Source: Vitrella brassicaformis CCMP3155 (lineage: Eukaryota > Protista > Chromerida). From it: a stretch of 64,000 bases of DNA. The notes beneath the pieces are model-generated. The model had not been told where the DNA came from and did no database searches. It saw only the letters and a list, made by a program, of their open reading frames with translations. Shown in pieces: positions 21,972-34,749 of the stretch. The stretch is from the NCBI GenBank assembly GCA_001179505.1, contig CDMY01000293.1:67528-131527 (forward strand). Reading direction: 5' to 3'. The first letter of the stretch is position 1. Each line of letters opens with the position of its first letter. Both the position numbers and the translations under genes were made by a program.

Positions 21972-24900
21972 TCAGTCGTCTTCCTCCCTCATTTCCTCGT
22001 CCTGGTCCTGGGACTCGCGCGTCTTCTTTTTGTCCTTCTTCTCCTGATCGTGAGCGAATGGATAACACACACCGACACCGACACAGGTAGGATGAACCAG
22101 GCTAACACGCGTGTGCCGGGGGAAGGAGTGACCAACGGACTGACTGACTGGCGGAGCTACCTACCTTGTCTTTGTGCTTGTCTTTGTGTTTTTTCTTCTT
22201 CTCCTTTTTGTCCTTTTTCTTTTTCTCCTTCTTGTCGTCACCGCCAGACGACTGATCGACATTCCGGCCAGAAGATGGACACACAGGAGGACCACACGTG
22301 AGTGAGGTGTTTGCCCGTCTTTCATACGAAGGGCACCTGACTGCATTCCATTCCTACCTTGTGTTTCTTCTTGGGTCGCTCCTCGTCATCGTCGTCATCA
22401 TCGTCCTCGTCGGCGTACTCTTCGTCCTCAGAGTCCTCTGCAGACAGAAGTAATGTCACACCATAGATGTGGGTGTTGTCATGCCCCGTGTTGTGGCGTG
22501 TTTTGACGTATGGGCCTATGTGGGGAGGCAAGCGGCGTGCCTCCCTCAGTCCATCGACTGACTGACCGTCATCCATGTCTTCATAGTCCTCGTCATCGTC
22601 CTCATCGGACGGCAGATCTGATTGACAATATGGAGAGCCAGACGGGCAGACGGGCAGACGTATGTGTGTTGGTTTGCGGAGGGAGGGGGTGTTGGTTTGC
22701 GGAGGGAGGGGGAGGGGTACGGTACCTCCAGCAAATACGTCGGCATTGTCCTTGGCCTTGGACTCCTTCGTCTGCACACAACATCCGCACATAATGGAAT
22801 GCATGCTTGCGTGATGGCTCCATGGTCCAAAGGCAGGCACCTGCTGCAGGTTCTTGATGTTGAGTTTGGCCTCGTTCTGGATGAAAGCAACCAGCGCCTG
22901 AACTCACACAAACACCGCACCGCATAGCGTCTGTGAGCGTGGCTGCGTACGTAAATGGTTCGTACGATCCATGTATGTGCGTACGTACGGTGTATTCGTG
23001 TCGGTCGACGGACGAGAAGAGATGCTCATCACCGCCCTTGACGTACACCTGACATATATATGCGACACATGCCAGAGCCACGCACACATACGTTGGTACA
23101 CATCGACGCAGCTCCTCGATTGGATTTGTGTGTATGTACTTTGAACTCAAAGTATTTGGTCTGCGATCCGACGGTGCGGGAAAACTCCACTGACAAGACG
23201 TCCTCATACCTGACGGGCACATGACGGGTGAGAGGCAGACAGAAAAGAAGAACAAAGAAAGTGGCAGAGAGGACGAATGGACACGTATCCATCTGTGCGG
23301 GTGCCCCAATCGGCCGACCATACCGAATGTATATGACGGGTTTTGGGATGAAGATGAAGCCGCGCTGCAAAGGGTACAGATGGCCCGCCGCAGCCTTGTT
23401 GCTGCACGCGATGCACTGCATGCATGTGAGAACACAGAGAGAGGGAGAGAGAAGGGAGTGTCGTGTGTCATGTGACCCACCCCCCCATCCACCGACCGAT
23501 GTGTCAGATATGGCGCTCTTGAACTTCTGCGAGGGCATGATGGCCGGCTTCTCAGTCAATCCCTTTACCAAACGCGTCAACACGTCATACATGCGACCTG
23601 CGCCCCCACAAACAAACAAACAAACAAACAAACAGCACCCCTGCCCTCTATCTGCCCATCCATCCATCTGGCCCTCTGCCTTCGTGTGCGCCTACCGGTC
23701 ATGTTGGCCTCTAGTTTCTGCTTTGCAAATCTGTCGGAGTTGAGTTCCTCGTCGGTCAGGTTGACGTCCAGGGTGATGGTGTGGTCGGAGGGGAAGTTCA
23801 TGACGACAAAGGGGTACCTCGTCTGGCCCTGGCGCATCGGCACGTCTAGCGCTATGATGACCGCCACGTGAATGCCGTCCGCACGCGGCAACAGAAAGAA
23901 CCTGAACGTATTACAGGACACCCAGCACACAGGACAACACATGCGTGAGTGCTTGTGAGGATGGGCGTGTGTGCGTGCCGGCAGGTAGACAGACAGACCT
24001 GTTGATGGTTTTGTATCTGACGGTGTAGTCGAATGACTTGCCGTGCAGCTTCATGGACGTCTTGAACAGGTCGATGTCGTACTTGCCGCGCGGCACCAGG
24101 AAGGGCACGTCGGCGAGCGACGCCACCGGCTGCAAGCCCGTCGTCGACACACCAGCTTTCTCAACCAGCACCTACACAACGACATACAGCCATCCAGCCA
24201 TCCAGAGAGAGGTCAATGAGTGCACGTGTGGGAGGGTGGGTGTGGGTTTCATGAGTGTGTACGTTTCTGAGCTCCGTGGCGATGTCCCGCGCCTCTCCCG
24301 CGGCCTCGATGGCCCTCGGCGGGATGTAGAAGCGCACCTCCAGCAACTGATCGTCGAGCTGATCCCTGAGACAGACAGACAGACAGGGGTTCATGTACAG
24401 CGCGCGATGCAGGTGAGCTATATTGTGGGCGCGCATGTGTGTATAAGTATATTGATTGATATACCCACCCACCTGCTGTCGTCCTGGTGGAACTCGATTG
24501 CGATGTCGTTTTTGGATGGGTTGGTCACCTGCGCCATGTCGGCGGCGTGCAGGTCGAAGGCAGGCTTGCCGTCGACGTCGAAGATGAAATTCTTGCCTGC
24601 GATCACGCACAGACAAATCCATATATCGTGGTGGCTGATTGATGTGTGTTGCATTGCGTGTATGGCGTGTGCGCTATCTCTCTCCTCTGTGTGTGCTCTG
24701 TGTTGGCATGACGTGCCTTCGAAGGTGTAGTTGCCCCAGTGCCATCCGCGTGTGCCAATGCGGACGATTTTGGGGTCAATCTTGAAATACTCACGGAAGT
24801 GATTCGCCAGCTTCTCAGCATCCTGACACACCACATGTACACCACACGTCATGAGCTGCCCCCTCACGCACCAACCCACCAGCCCATCCTGTTCCTCCCT

Positions 24901-25431
24901 CACCGATTCTTTGAATCCGTCGAATCGGTTGACGTCGCCGGTCGTCATGCTGAGTTTGAGCTGCCATGAGTCTCTGCTCGTGCGCATGATCTCGACCTTC
25001 TCCACCTCGTTCGGCTTGTACGTGTGGACGTGCTTCTCGGCGCCAGCACGACGCCACCCAAAGATGGTCTCAGTCATCTTGAACTGACCCTGACACAGCA
25101 CAAGCAAGGTTGACACACAACACACAATTCGCAACGGGCACGGCTCACGCGCGCACAAAACACCACCGATGGACGGATTCAGGAGGCGAGATGCCTCCCT
25201 CCCTCCCTCCCCTCCCCTCCCCTCCCGTTTGCTGCTCTCGCCGCCCTTCTTCCTTGACTGCATCCCGTCCGTGCGCACCGCGCCTATCTTTCTCTCTGTC
25301 TGTCTGCGTGCGCTGCGTACCGGTTCGTTGCGTCCGAACGCCCGAATGTTCTTGAAGGCTGCCGACGCGCCTGGCTGGCCGCCACCACCAGAAGCAGCGG
25401 CAGCGGCTGCGGCAGCCGGTGGCTCCGTCAT
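21972..25431 (-). CDS. SSRP1: FACT complex subunit SSRP1/Pob3 (no HMG box seen; acidic and Lys-rich tail)
   Basis: Conserved segments GWHWGNYTFEG, FDVDGKPAFDLHAADMAQVTNPSKNDIAIEFHQDD, LLEVRFYIP, FLVPRGKYDIDLF, PMRQGQTRYPFVV, CSNKAAAGHLYPLQRGFIFIPKP, YEDVLSVEFSR, FEFKV. Confidence 0.95.
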
Positions 25432-25593
25432 CTATGGCTTGGTTCTCTCTGTCTCGTGATCTGTGCTCCAAAATCGGGGGTTGATTGGGGTTGGAGGAAA
25501 GGTTGGCGAGTCAACAGACGCACGTTGTGTGTGTGCGATGAGGGACAGAACGACTTGACGAGCAGAACGAAAGAACTACACCAAACTCTGTAT

Positions 25594-25683
25594 GGTTTAG
25601 GGTTTCGGGGGTTTGGGGTTTCCTCCGAAGCAGAAGGCTGGTCGACTCCTATCGCATCCGGCGCCTCTGAACCCTAACCCTAA
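25594..25683. promoter_or_regulatory. Short telomere-like motifs in opposite orientations upstream of SSRP1 (GGTTTAGGGTTT... and AACCCTAACCCTAA)
   Basis: Motifs read directly at 25594-25621 and 25670-25683. A regulatory role is inferred only. Confidence 0.3.
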
Positions 25684-25721
25684 CGACACAGGGAGGAGGG
25701 GTACTCACTTCGTATACATGG

Positions 25722-25752
<31 letters not shown>

Positions 25753-25759
25753 TGTGCAG

Positions 25760-27033
25760 GTCGTTGGGCGTCTGCGCACTCGCCGCCATCGGCATGCCTG
25801 ACGCGGTGAGTGGTCACACACGGGGCCAGTGAACACGTATACACGATGCACACGGACAGCGTTCCATCTTCCTGTGCTGGATTGCCTTGCCCTTGGTTTT
25901 CCGTCGATGCAGGTATGTGCCGCAAGTCTGTGGTGCCGTCGTAGAGCTCACTCGCTGGAAAATCAACTGAGGTAAGAAGCAGCCACCTCACGACACACGC
26001 ACATATCCAATACCCCCCATGTGTGTCACCTGTATACCTCTGACAGAGTGTTTCTCGCCGACGAAGACGAGTGCGTCCACCGCGGCCACACGGCGTTAGC
26101 ACCATCGAACACTCCATTGACCCAGGTAGACGACGAGGCAGACCGGGGCAAACACACCTACATATCAGAGGTTGATTGGGTGGATGGAGTGGATGGAGTG
26201 GATGGAGTGGATGGATGGATGGATGGTTGGGTNNNNNNNNNNNNNNNNNNNNNNNNNNNNNNNNNNNNNNNNNNNNNNNNNNNNNNNNNNNNNNNNNNNN
26301 NNNNNNNNNNNNNNNNNNNNNNNNNNNNNNNNNNNNNNNNNNNNNNNNNNNNNNNNNNNNNNNNNNNNNNNNNNNNNNNNNNNNNNNNNNNNNNNNNNNN
26401 NNNNNNNNNNNNNNNNNNNNNNNNNNNNNNNNNNNNNNNNNNNNNNNNNNNNNNNNNNNNNNNNNNNNNNNNNNNNNNNNNNNNNNNNNNNNNNNNNNNN
26501 NNNNNNNNNNNNNNNNNNNNNNNNNNNNNNNNGGCGGGTGGGTGGGTGGGCGGGCGTGAGGGGAGGAGAGCGGAAGGCAGGGGAGGCATGACTTATGTGA
26601 TTTGCCCAGGAACTCAGACTCACTGCGAACAGGTAGTGAGTCGCTCTTTTTTCAGCCAACCCCCACCTCTCACTGTCTGTTTCTTGAACGGGCGGTAGCG
26701 CGAGCAGCCCCTCTCTTGTCCCCTCTTGTTCGCCGCTACCGTGCTACGCCATTGTTTGTACTCGACAGTCACAGAGCCACTCAGACAGGACAGAGAGGAG
26801 CCTTTCGTACATGTGTGTGTGTATGTCAGGTCAACGGCTGGTTCCGCTCTGGCAGCGACCTCTGGATGGACGGATACCGGCAGCGCGCCAGTCAGCCGTA
26901 CCAGATACAGCTACTGCCCACCATTGTCCGCTGTCGAGCCGTCTACTACATCCCGGGGCCGTACACGATGCTCCAATATTGCGACGCTCAGTGGCATCCA
27001 TTTAACCGATTCATTGCCTGTCGTCTCGTCTGA
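25760..27033 (+). CDS. Hypothetical multi-exon protein divergent from SSRP1 (start uncertain, gap inside)
   Basis: GT-AG exons read in frame: SLGVCALAAIGMPDA|VCAASLWCRRRAHSLENQLR|VFLADEDECVHRGHT...KHTYISE|(gap)|VNGWFRSGSDLWMDGY...CRAVYYIPGPYTMLQYCDAQWHPFNRFIACRLV*. Confidence 0.5.
26233..26532. other. Assembly gap (300 N) between GGAT/GGGT microsatellites
   Basis: N run. Confidence 0.99.
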
Positions 27034-27485
27034 ATGCTTCAGCACATACGTATCGATCCTGCATCTTAAGAGTCCTTCGGATCGAGACGTTCAGTGTTCC
27101 GTTCGCATGTTCCCCTCCCCGTCTCTCTTCCCTTTTCCCTTTGCCCATCTCTCCTCTCCTGCAAAAATGAAAAAAAAAAACACACACACACACAGAACAA
27201 CACAAAAGAAAAGAAAAGAGACCGATGTCGTGACGCATCCATCCATCCGTTGGAGGACAATTCACTGAGTGAGACGCAGCCAGCCAGGAAAACCTCTCTC
27301 TCTCTCTCTCTCTGTGTCTCTGTCTCTTTTACAGTCTGTCTGTGTATATATATATATGTGTGTGTGTATCTGTGGACATACACCCTTGCTGAAGCATACA
27401 CCTCACAAGGAGCTAGCCTACGAATTGAATATCTTGACTTGCTTCTTGATGTTCGCCATGATCTCTGGTCTCCGCCCACATAAAG

Positions 27486-28928
27486 TTATTTCTTGTACTC
27501 CGCCATGATCCCTCTGATTCTCTGCATGTCCCACGGCGTCTTTCCCTGTTGTCATGAGATGAGATGAGCACATCACTCAACCATCGATGGTGTGAATGTC
27601 TGTGTGTACTCACGTCGTTGTCTGGGATGTCGAGCAGATCACCTTTGCCCCACTCGAGCCTTTGAGAATGACACAGAGACAGAGACAGAATGGAAGAGAC
27701 ACTCGCGTCAGTCAGTCATCTGTGTCGCTCACAGCTGAGACACAGTTGCAGAGTGTCCATTGGATGCAGCCCAATGGAGTGCCGTCCAGTTGTCCTGTGT
27801 GTGTCATGCAAACAGGCAAAGGCAATCAATCAGATGAGAGGCATTCTGTGTTTCGCGCGTGAGGTCTCACCTTGTTTGTCTGAGTGAGCAGCCTTTTCCC
27901 TCCCTTGGCATACAGAGCCTTCAGCACATGGACACGACCATTGAAGGCAGCAATGATGAATGGCGTTTCGCCATCCTGCAATCAACACACACACACACAC
28001 TCGGCACACTGAGGTGTCAGAGACATGTGTGTGCTCTGTTACCTCGTTGCGAGTATCGATCAGTTCGGCATCCCACTCCAGCAGCTGATTGACCGCCGCA
28101 GGACGGCCCCCCCCCGGCAGCCCAGTGCAGAGCATTCTCACCAAACTGCATTCCATCACAGCCAACACACATCTTCCCTGGTGACTACCAGCACACAGGA
28201 TGGTTTGTCTGTGTCGGTACCGCGTCTGTTGTTTGCTGCAGTACGTCAGGTTTGCTCTCATGGATGACTTTCATGACGTCGACGTGACCGTAAAGCGCAG
28301 CCAGGAGGAAGGGTGTGAGCTGCGCGCATTGATGAGAACACACAGCCAGACCACTGAGTGCATTTCTGTCGTCTTTCGCGATTGCACACCTCGTACTCGT
28401 CTCGTTTATCGAGTATGTCTTCTCCCTCCTCAGCGATGAGCGAACCAACGAGGAGCGAATCTCCGGTCCTGACAGCTTTGAAGATGTCATTCTGACACAC
28501 AAGCAGCACAAGAACAGCGAACCATTGACGTGTGGGGTTCAGCTGCTGTCGCCCTTACGTGTTTGATCAGAGGTTGCGGGAGTATTTGCTGAGCCTGGTG
28601 GAGGACGTTGTGGGCCAGGAGGGCGAGGTTGTTGGCGGCCGACGTGGTGCGGTCAAGCTGCTCCTGCAGCTGCACGAGGGACAGTTCGGCAGACGTCCCT
28701 GCATTGCAACAGTGCACCCCCCCACAGACACACGCACATATGATCGCATGGCGCACGTATTCCTCGTTGATGGACACACATGGACGCACCGGCAGACCAG
28801 AATGAATGCGCATGCAGGACGGACTTACTCTGCTCACGGGTGCCATTGGCGGTGACGAGGAGTTCTACGAGGATGGTCAGTGCGACCAGAAAAAACGTCT
28901 TGTGCCGATGGCACGCCCATGCACGCAT
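27486..28928 (-). CDS. Ankyrin-repeat protein with N-terminal hydrophobic signal/anchor; apparent +1 frameshift in a G9 run
   Basis: Spliced exons: MRAWACHRHKTFFLVALTILVELLVTANG..., NDIFKAVRTGD, ELTPFLLAALYGHVDVMKVI, FGENALHWAAGGG^RPAAVNQLLEW, DGETPFIIAAFNGRVHVLKAL, DNWTALHWAASNGHSATVSQLLEW, DGKTPWD. These are typical G-x-T-[PA]-L-H-x-A-A repeats. Confidence 0.8.
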
Positions 28929-29128
28929 GGACGGACTTGCGGGCGCGATTGACGAGGTGGATGCGTTGGGGTTCAGAGTGAAACACATCATTCTGATGAG
29001 TGAAGGGACCACACGAGTCTCGTTAAACACACTAACCAACCAGACGCCTATCTACGAGCATCATTCTCGTTCCTGACCAACTGCCTGACCCACCACAGGC
29101 AAGCTGTCCATCCTTCCCACACACATGC

Positions 29129-29188
29129 ACACGTGTACACACTCACTCTCTGCTATACGTATCTCAGGTTGCCCCTATGCTCTTAGCG
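29129..29188 (+). repeat. 60-bp direct repeat R3, copy 1 (intron 3' end plus exon start)
   Basis: One mismatch versus 31473-31532. Confidence 0.95.
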
Positions 29189-29860
29189 CGACGTCGCGCA
29201 GAGAGGATCTTCCCTCCTATCCATCAGACTCGGCTTGCAGCCCATCGTCATCGCACCGCTGCCAATCAAACTATCAACAACTCCTGTCACACGGCGTCCA
29301 ATGGCGTTGTTGGCGCCTCTTCTTCTCTTCTCTCTGACAAAATTGAGAGCCGCCGTTGTGCATCCCGCACGCATGGATCTGGCTTTATTCGGCACACCTG
29401 TTGGCAACATCAGACCGACGTCAAGACGCACACTGCGGAGAGCCGCAAAAAAGGTGTGGACACGAGGACACGCAATAAGGAAAGGTTGGATGACACACGC
29501 GACTGTCTGTCTGCTTTCGCCTCAGCGTGACAGTTTGGTGGCGATGCAGAAGGAATCCGACACTCGAACGAAGGGCAAAAGTGAGCACAAAACACGGACG
29601 TCGCCCCGCATCTGTATTGGGTGCTCATTGGGGTGCCTTTCCATAGAACTCCTACAAGTAGCACGTACCCCAGAGAAAGCCTTCAGCCTACCTGTTGCTA
29701 TCGTGCACATATGTACTGATATCAAGAACTTCATTCTGAATGGCATCAGAGGGGCAACGAGGTGGGGATGGTTAAGAGCAGCGGGTGGGTGCCATGGATT
29801 GCACCTCACTCGTCAATATGTTTGCCATCCAGGTGGACACCGCATAGCGTGGGCTCTTTC

Positions 29861-30841
29861 ATGAGGATGCAGCAGAAAGCGACGGCGGAGCCTCCGGCCG
29901 TTCCTGTGCCGCCGCCACGGTCGATGGAGGAGCGTTCACTGAGCAGCCCTGCTAGCGTGCGACCAGGTACAATGGAAGCCTGATACAGATAAGTGCCAGT
30001 AGAAATGCGTGTGCGTGTCTGTCGTTGGCTTGGTTCAGGCACGCCGATTGGCAATGTGTATGCGCCAGGTGAGGCTGAAGAGCGATTGGGCATCGCCCCG
30101 CTGCCACGAATCACACTTACACCTGAGCTGGTTGCCGGGCGCGAGGCACTCTGGAGAAACCTTGGCAGAGAGTACGTCACGTCAGATCACTCACCAGCCC
30201 ACACATATGCAGACCCACACCACACCTTGCGTACGTACGCTATGCCGCGTCGTCAGGTATACTTTGGCCGACATAAAGCAAAGCAACATCCTCACGTTAG
30301 GGTACTATGTTTGGCCGTTGCTCTACGAGATGGTCACGCGGACTGACTGGCGCATCTGCGTTATTCCCTATGACCAAAACAACAAGGCTCTCTCGATGTC
30401 ATTCATCGTGTCCAAGGACGCCGGGCTCCCGCTGGGAGATCAATATGGAAGGGCCCTGTGGGTGCTGGTCGGCGATGATCTCAAGGAGGCCAAGCATGAT
30501 GACGCGCTCAAGATGCGACTCGAGAAGCAGGCACTCAGATACGGCTGCACCGTGGACAATTTTGGAGACTGGGATTTCTACAAGTACAACTTCGAAGAGA
30601 GCGACTCACTGGAGCACATCACGAAGATCCGCGGGGACGACAGCCACCTCCAAGAGATAGTCGACTTCATTGTTGAGCTGCTGCACAGAGATGACATGGG
30701 AATTCCGGTTCCACGTTGGGACTATCTCGATGGCATCAAACGAATCATGGCCATGAATGCAGGTAACAGACAGACAGATAGACATGTTCACCCACACGAG
30801 TGCATCTTTATACATCTACAGGTGAAGGTGTGGAGGAATGA
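29861..30841 (+). CDS. Hypothetical protein, 4 exons (about 250 aa)
   Basis: In-frame splicing: ...SVRP|GTPIGNVYAPGEAEERLGIAP...NLGRE|YTLADIKQSNILTLGYYVWPLLYEMV...IMAMNA|GEGVEE*. Long exon inside ORF 30009-31130 shows coding codon bias. Confidence 0.65.
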
Positions 30842-31472
30842 GTGCATCGGAAGTGTGGCTGGCACGTTCGATGACTGCAGTGCAGGAAGCGAACTTCAGT
30901 GCAGGAAGCCAATGCAAGGCTATGGGTCTTCCTGCCATGGCTGGGAAGACAGTCAGGCGTATAAGTCAGGCATATACATGATTGTCTGTTTTTGGTCGCC
31001 ATTCTTTAACCTGATGACTCAATTCGGCTTGAAAATCATGCAGCAAACGCAGTGCGAGAATGTCATCCCAGCCATATCTCACAAGAAGACGATGGAGCAA
31101 AGAAGTCAGCCACTGGAAGACTCGTCATGAGAAAACGCCAGTAAAGTTGAGTCTTCCAGCTCAGCGAGAACGCGTTGCATATCTGACACATTCTGAATCT
31201 TCAACGATTCGCCATCTTGCACAAAACGGTACAGTGGCAGTATCTCATCGCCTGGCTCGTACACCTGCTTCATGTCTTGTGTTTGTTCCAAGCGCTCTAG
31301 CGAGTACGAGTACCTTGCCCATTTCCAACCGTTTGAAAGCGCCCGTTGTGGGATGTTCTCGTCTTCAAGGGTCAGCAAGTATGAGCAGAGCTGCATTCGC
31401 CGGGACGACGAGCACCTTTTTCTTGCCCTTGTCGGTCGTGAACTCGACAGTGTCGCCCGTCTCCTCGTCGGG

Positions 31473-31532
31473 ACACGTGTACACACTCACTCTCTGCTAT
31501 ACGTATCTCAGATTGCCCCTATGCTCTTAGCG
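31473..31532 (+). repeat. 60-bp direct repeat R3, copy 2, at the truncation point of membrane-protein pseudogene A
   Basis: One mismatch versus 29129-29188. Confidence 0.95.
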
Positions 31533-33556
31533 TGGTGTCTTCGTGCCATATCTGATCGGTGACCAGAACCATTAGATTGGTAAAGACCAAGGTCATCATT
31601 TCCGTCATCGACCACCTGCGTGGACCCACAAAGGCACACAAGGAGAAAAGATCAAAGATGACAAAAATGACGCTATGTGTGTCTCTCATAGCCGGATTTG
31701 GTTCGAGAGGGCGCGCACATACCAGGGGCTGATTTCCATTGAGGCGAATGCTGACTGCATGCTGGCAGCTTGAGCAAGGGAAGAGGCCGACCTGCTGAAG
31801 GTCTCGCGCATGGAGAGCACTGTCGTGGTGATTCTTCTGCTTCGACATGTCAAAGAACCATCTCCACTTCCCTTGCTGGAGGCCGCTTTCCCATGCTCAT
31901 GATTGGTCTTCGCCGTGTCTTTCCATGTCTCCTCTAACACTGCCTCTCTCGTACATCGACCAGATTTGAGAAGTCGATAAAATGTATGCAGAGTCCCTGC
32001 ATCGCAAATCGCAGCACAGGTAGAGAGATAAGTGGATAGATTCCCATATATGCTGTAGGAAGACATACCGTGAGGAAGAAGTATGTCGGTAATGAGATCA
32101 AAGCTAAGGCAGAGAAACCACATGTAAAGACACATTTGTGCTGGTTTTGTGGCTTCCAAGAAACGCAGCTTACAATGCGATGGCCACCGAGTAGAGAAGT
32201 TCACTGCTTAGGCTCACCATCTCTGCTTGTATGAGTCTAGGTGAGAGTAGGTAGGGCACCGCAGTCCACACAACCACAAGCGAGCTCCAAACCGGTGGAC
32301 CCTCCTAGAAAATGGACACACCTAGAAATAGATCAATCTACAAGCACATTCGTACTCGTAGGGATCTTATGATCTTGTTAAGCACACATACAACTGGCCA
32401 ACCAGCGACGACAGTCTGCAGAGCAATTTGAGCCTGGCAGGGGAAACACAAACATAAATGTCCATGTGTAAGGCATGTCTAGGTGCAGTGGTGGAACGAA
32501 TGTGTCATATATCTTTCCTTACTCGCGTACCCTGGCATAGTCGTCTCTAGCTTTGCTGCCTCGAGGCATGAAGTGTCTCATCGACAAAAACCTTAACGCC
32601 ATTTGGCCGATTGAAACTACTGTTCCCAACTTCATCGCATAAGCGCGTTTCTTCGCAACATTTAATAACTTTCATAAGCAGGTAAAAATGTATGCTCCCA
32701 AAGCAGGGAGCCACCGCAGGTGGTAAATCACAGCCTCTATTATATACAGCACCAACGTCATGGCAACCAACAGCCAGCACTTGCGCAGCAGAGACATGTT
32801 GCGCCGAAAGCTAGCTCCTTCGACTGCAGCAAGCGTCGCTGCAAGAAACCAACAACACCAAAGCACACCCAATAGAAAGCACCAGCCGACGAATCACGTC
32901 AACTGCTGCAGCGCCCATTATCCTCGACTCACAGCTGAACCAATACATAAGTAGTGTGCTGATTGCTAGAGCTGACACACATAAAGCGGCCGCCAGCTGC
33001 CGTAGCATCATCTTGCCAATCCGCTGCATGGTCGACCACAGAGGCTCGGGATTGAAGTGGGTACCAACGACCACCTCTCTTGTGCTGCCGTCGGGGCCAC
33101 GAACGATCTTATACTCTAACGTGGTCGGAAACTCCTCGAAGTTAGCTTCGTATCCGGCAGCATTTCTGAACCTGCAGTGAGACAATCACATGCACTCGTA
33201 GAGTTGGCCGTCTTGTGATATGTCCCCTCACGTACTCAACCACTGAGGCAGCTATCGCCTTCTCCTCGCGACCATGCGTGACGTCAGGGGCGCCCTCTCC
33301 ACCGCCCTCTGAAGCGAAACATCCCTTGCTGTAGTCGTCAATGGCAATCGCCGTTGTCGTGTGTGCTGTGGAAGTGGAGAGCATGGACCGATAGGGCGGA
33401 ATGCGCTCATGGGCCTGCTCTGCTGCCGTCGGGACGCACTCCTCAGCTGCCCCCTTATCTATGCTCCGAATCGGTGTCATTCTCCTCCCCCAAAGCTTCC
33501 ATTGTTTCCTGCTGTGGGAATCTGATGTCGCTGCCCTCTTCTCCAGATGGATCCAT
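31533..33556 (-). pseudogene. Multi-pass membrane protein family, paralog A (pseudogene)
   Basis: Collinear exons with 34750-37204 (GYEANFEEFP...GTHFNPEPLWSTMQRIG; MTEMMTLVFTNLMVLVTDQIWH). Lesions: +1 nt at 33461, 16-nt insertion 32863-32878, deletion plus in-frame TGA at 32672-32674, and 3' truncation. Confidence 0.8.
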
Positions 33557-33742
33557 GGCATCGCCAGCCGATGGTGAGAGTGTCGCAGTTCCACGACGGG
33601 CGATTTCCCTTCTTGCGAGCTTACCCCCTTCCTTTTAGGGTTTGGGTTGTGGGTTGCCTGAGCGCAGGCTGTCCAGATCTCTCCACTCCCAGCAGTATCG
33701 CATCCCGCGGGATGATCCCACTGCCTTGACCAACCAAGGAAG

Positions 33743-34606
33743 ATGTGCCACGTGTGCGAGCGCCTGCGTGCCTTCGACGAGGCCGAGGCGAACCGCCGGA
33801 CGACGCGCTTCGGCTCCCTGAATCTGTGGAATCTGTGGAAGCACCTCCTGCCCTCCCTGAAGCTCCTTCTCCCTGTGTTGGCGCTGGGGTGTGCTGCGGG
33901 CGGCCTTGTGGCGGCCCTGTTCATCCCTGGCTCGACCCTCATGCTTGTCGGCGTCTATTTGGCGCTCGATGTGCGGGCGTACCTGCGATTCCGCCAGCGG
34001 CGGAGAGATCTGCAGGAGATGGAGCACTACCGCTCCCCCCACCTGGACGAACACTTCAGGCCGTACCTGGAGAAGCAACTGCTCGACCAGCCGCCTGAGG
34101 ACCTCTACAGGTGCGCCGACTCGACTCACGGTGCCGTCTTGTGCTAGGTCTTCCTTCATGCCTTCTCTCGCTCTGGGTGTGTGTGCAGTTTTCTCTTCTA
34201 CGCGTTTTTTGGCCAAGCGCCGGAGACCATATCGGTGCNNNNNNNNNNNNNNNNNNNNNNNNNNNNNNNNNNNNNNNNNNNNNNNNNNNNNNNNNNNNNN
34301 NNNNNNNNNNNNNNNNNNNNNNNNNNNNNNNNNNNNNNNNNNNNNNNNNNNNNNNNNNNNNNNNNNNNNNNNNNNNNNNNNNNNNNNNNNNNNNNNNNNN
34401 NNNNNNNNNNNNNNNNNNNNNNNNNNNNNNNNNNNNNNNNNNNNNNNNNNNNNNNNNNNNNNNNNNNNNNNNNNNNNNNNNNNNNNNNNNNNNNNNNNNN
34501 NNNNNNNNNNNNNNNNNNNNNNNNNNNNNNNNNNNNNNGGGGGGGGGGGGGGGGGAGGGTGGATGCTGTGTACAGAGAGGTTGACTTTTCTAGTCACTAC
34601 AACTGA
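33743..34606 (+). CDS. Hypothetical membrane protein (two hydrophobic segments; continues across gap)
   Basis: ORF 33743-34147 has coding codon bias and hydrophobic LLLPVLALGCAAGGLVAALFIPGSTLMLVGVYLAL. Plausible splice to SFLFYAFFGQAPETIS before the gap; end uncertain. Confidence 0.5.
34239..34538. other. Assembly gap (300 N) followed by a G run
   Basis: N run. Confidence 0.99.
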
Positions 34607-34749
34607 TTCCGTTAAGACTGCCTAACGACACGCATCGCCATTCGTCACCTCCGCTAGATGGCACCTTCCATCACTTCACCGCACACATCGCTACCCACGG
34701 CTTAATGCGCCCATGCCATGCATAATCTTTTCCATCTATGTCAATTGAT

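Noticed and set aside
27413-27500. Short duplicated 3' segment of the ankyrin gene (IMAEYKK* vs EIMANIKKQVKIFNS*)
   Set aside because: About 25 bp of similarity; cannot tell an alternative terminus from chance without transcripts.
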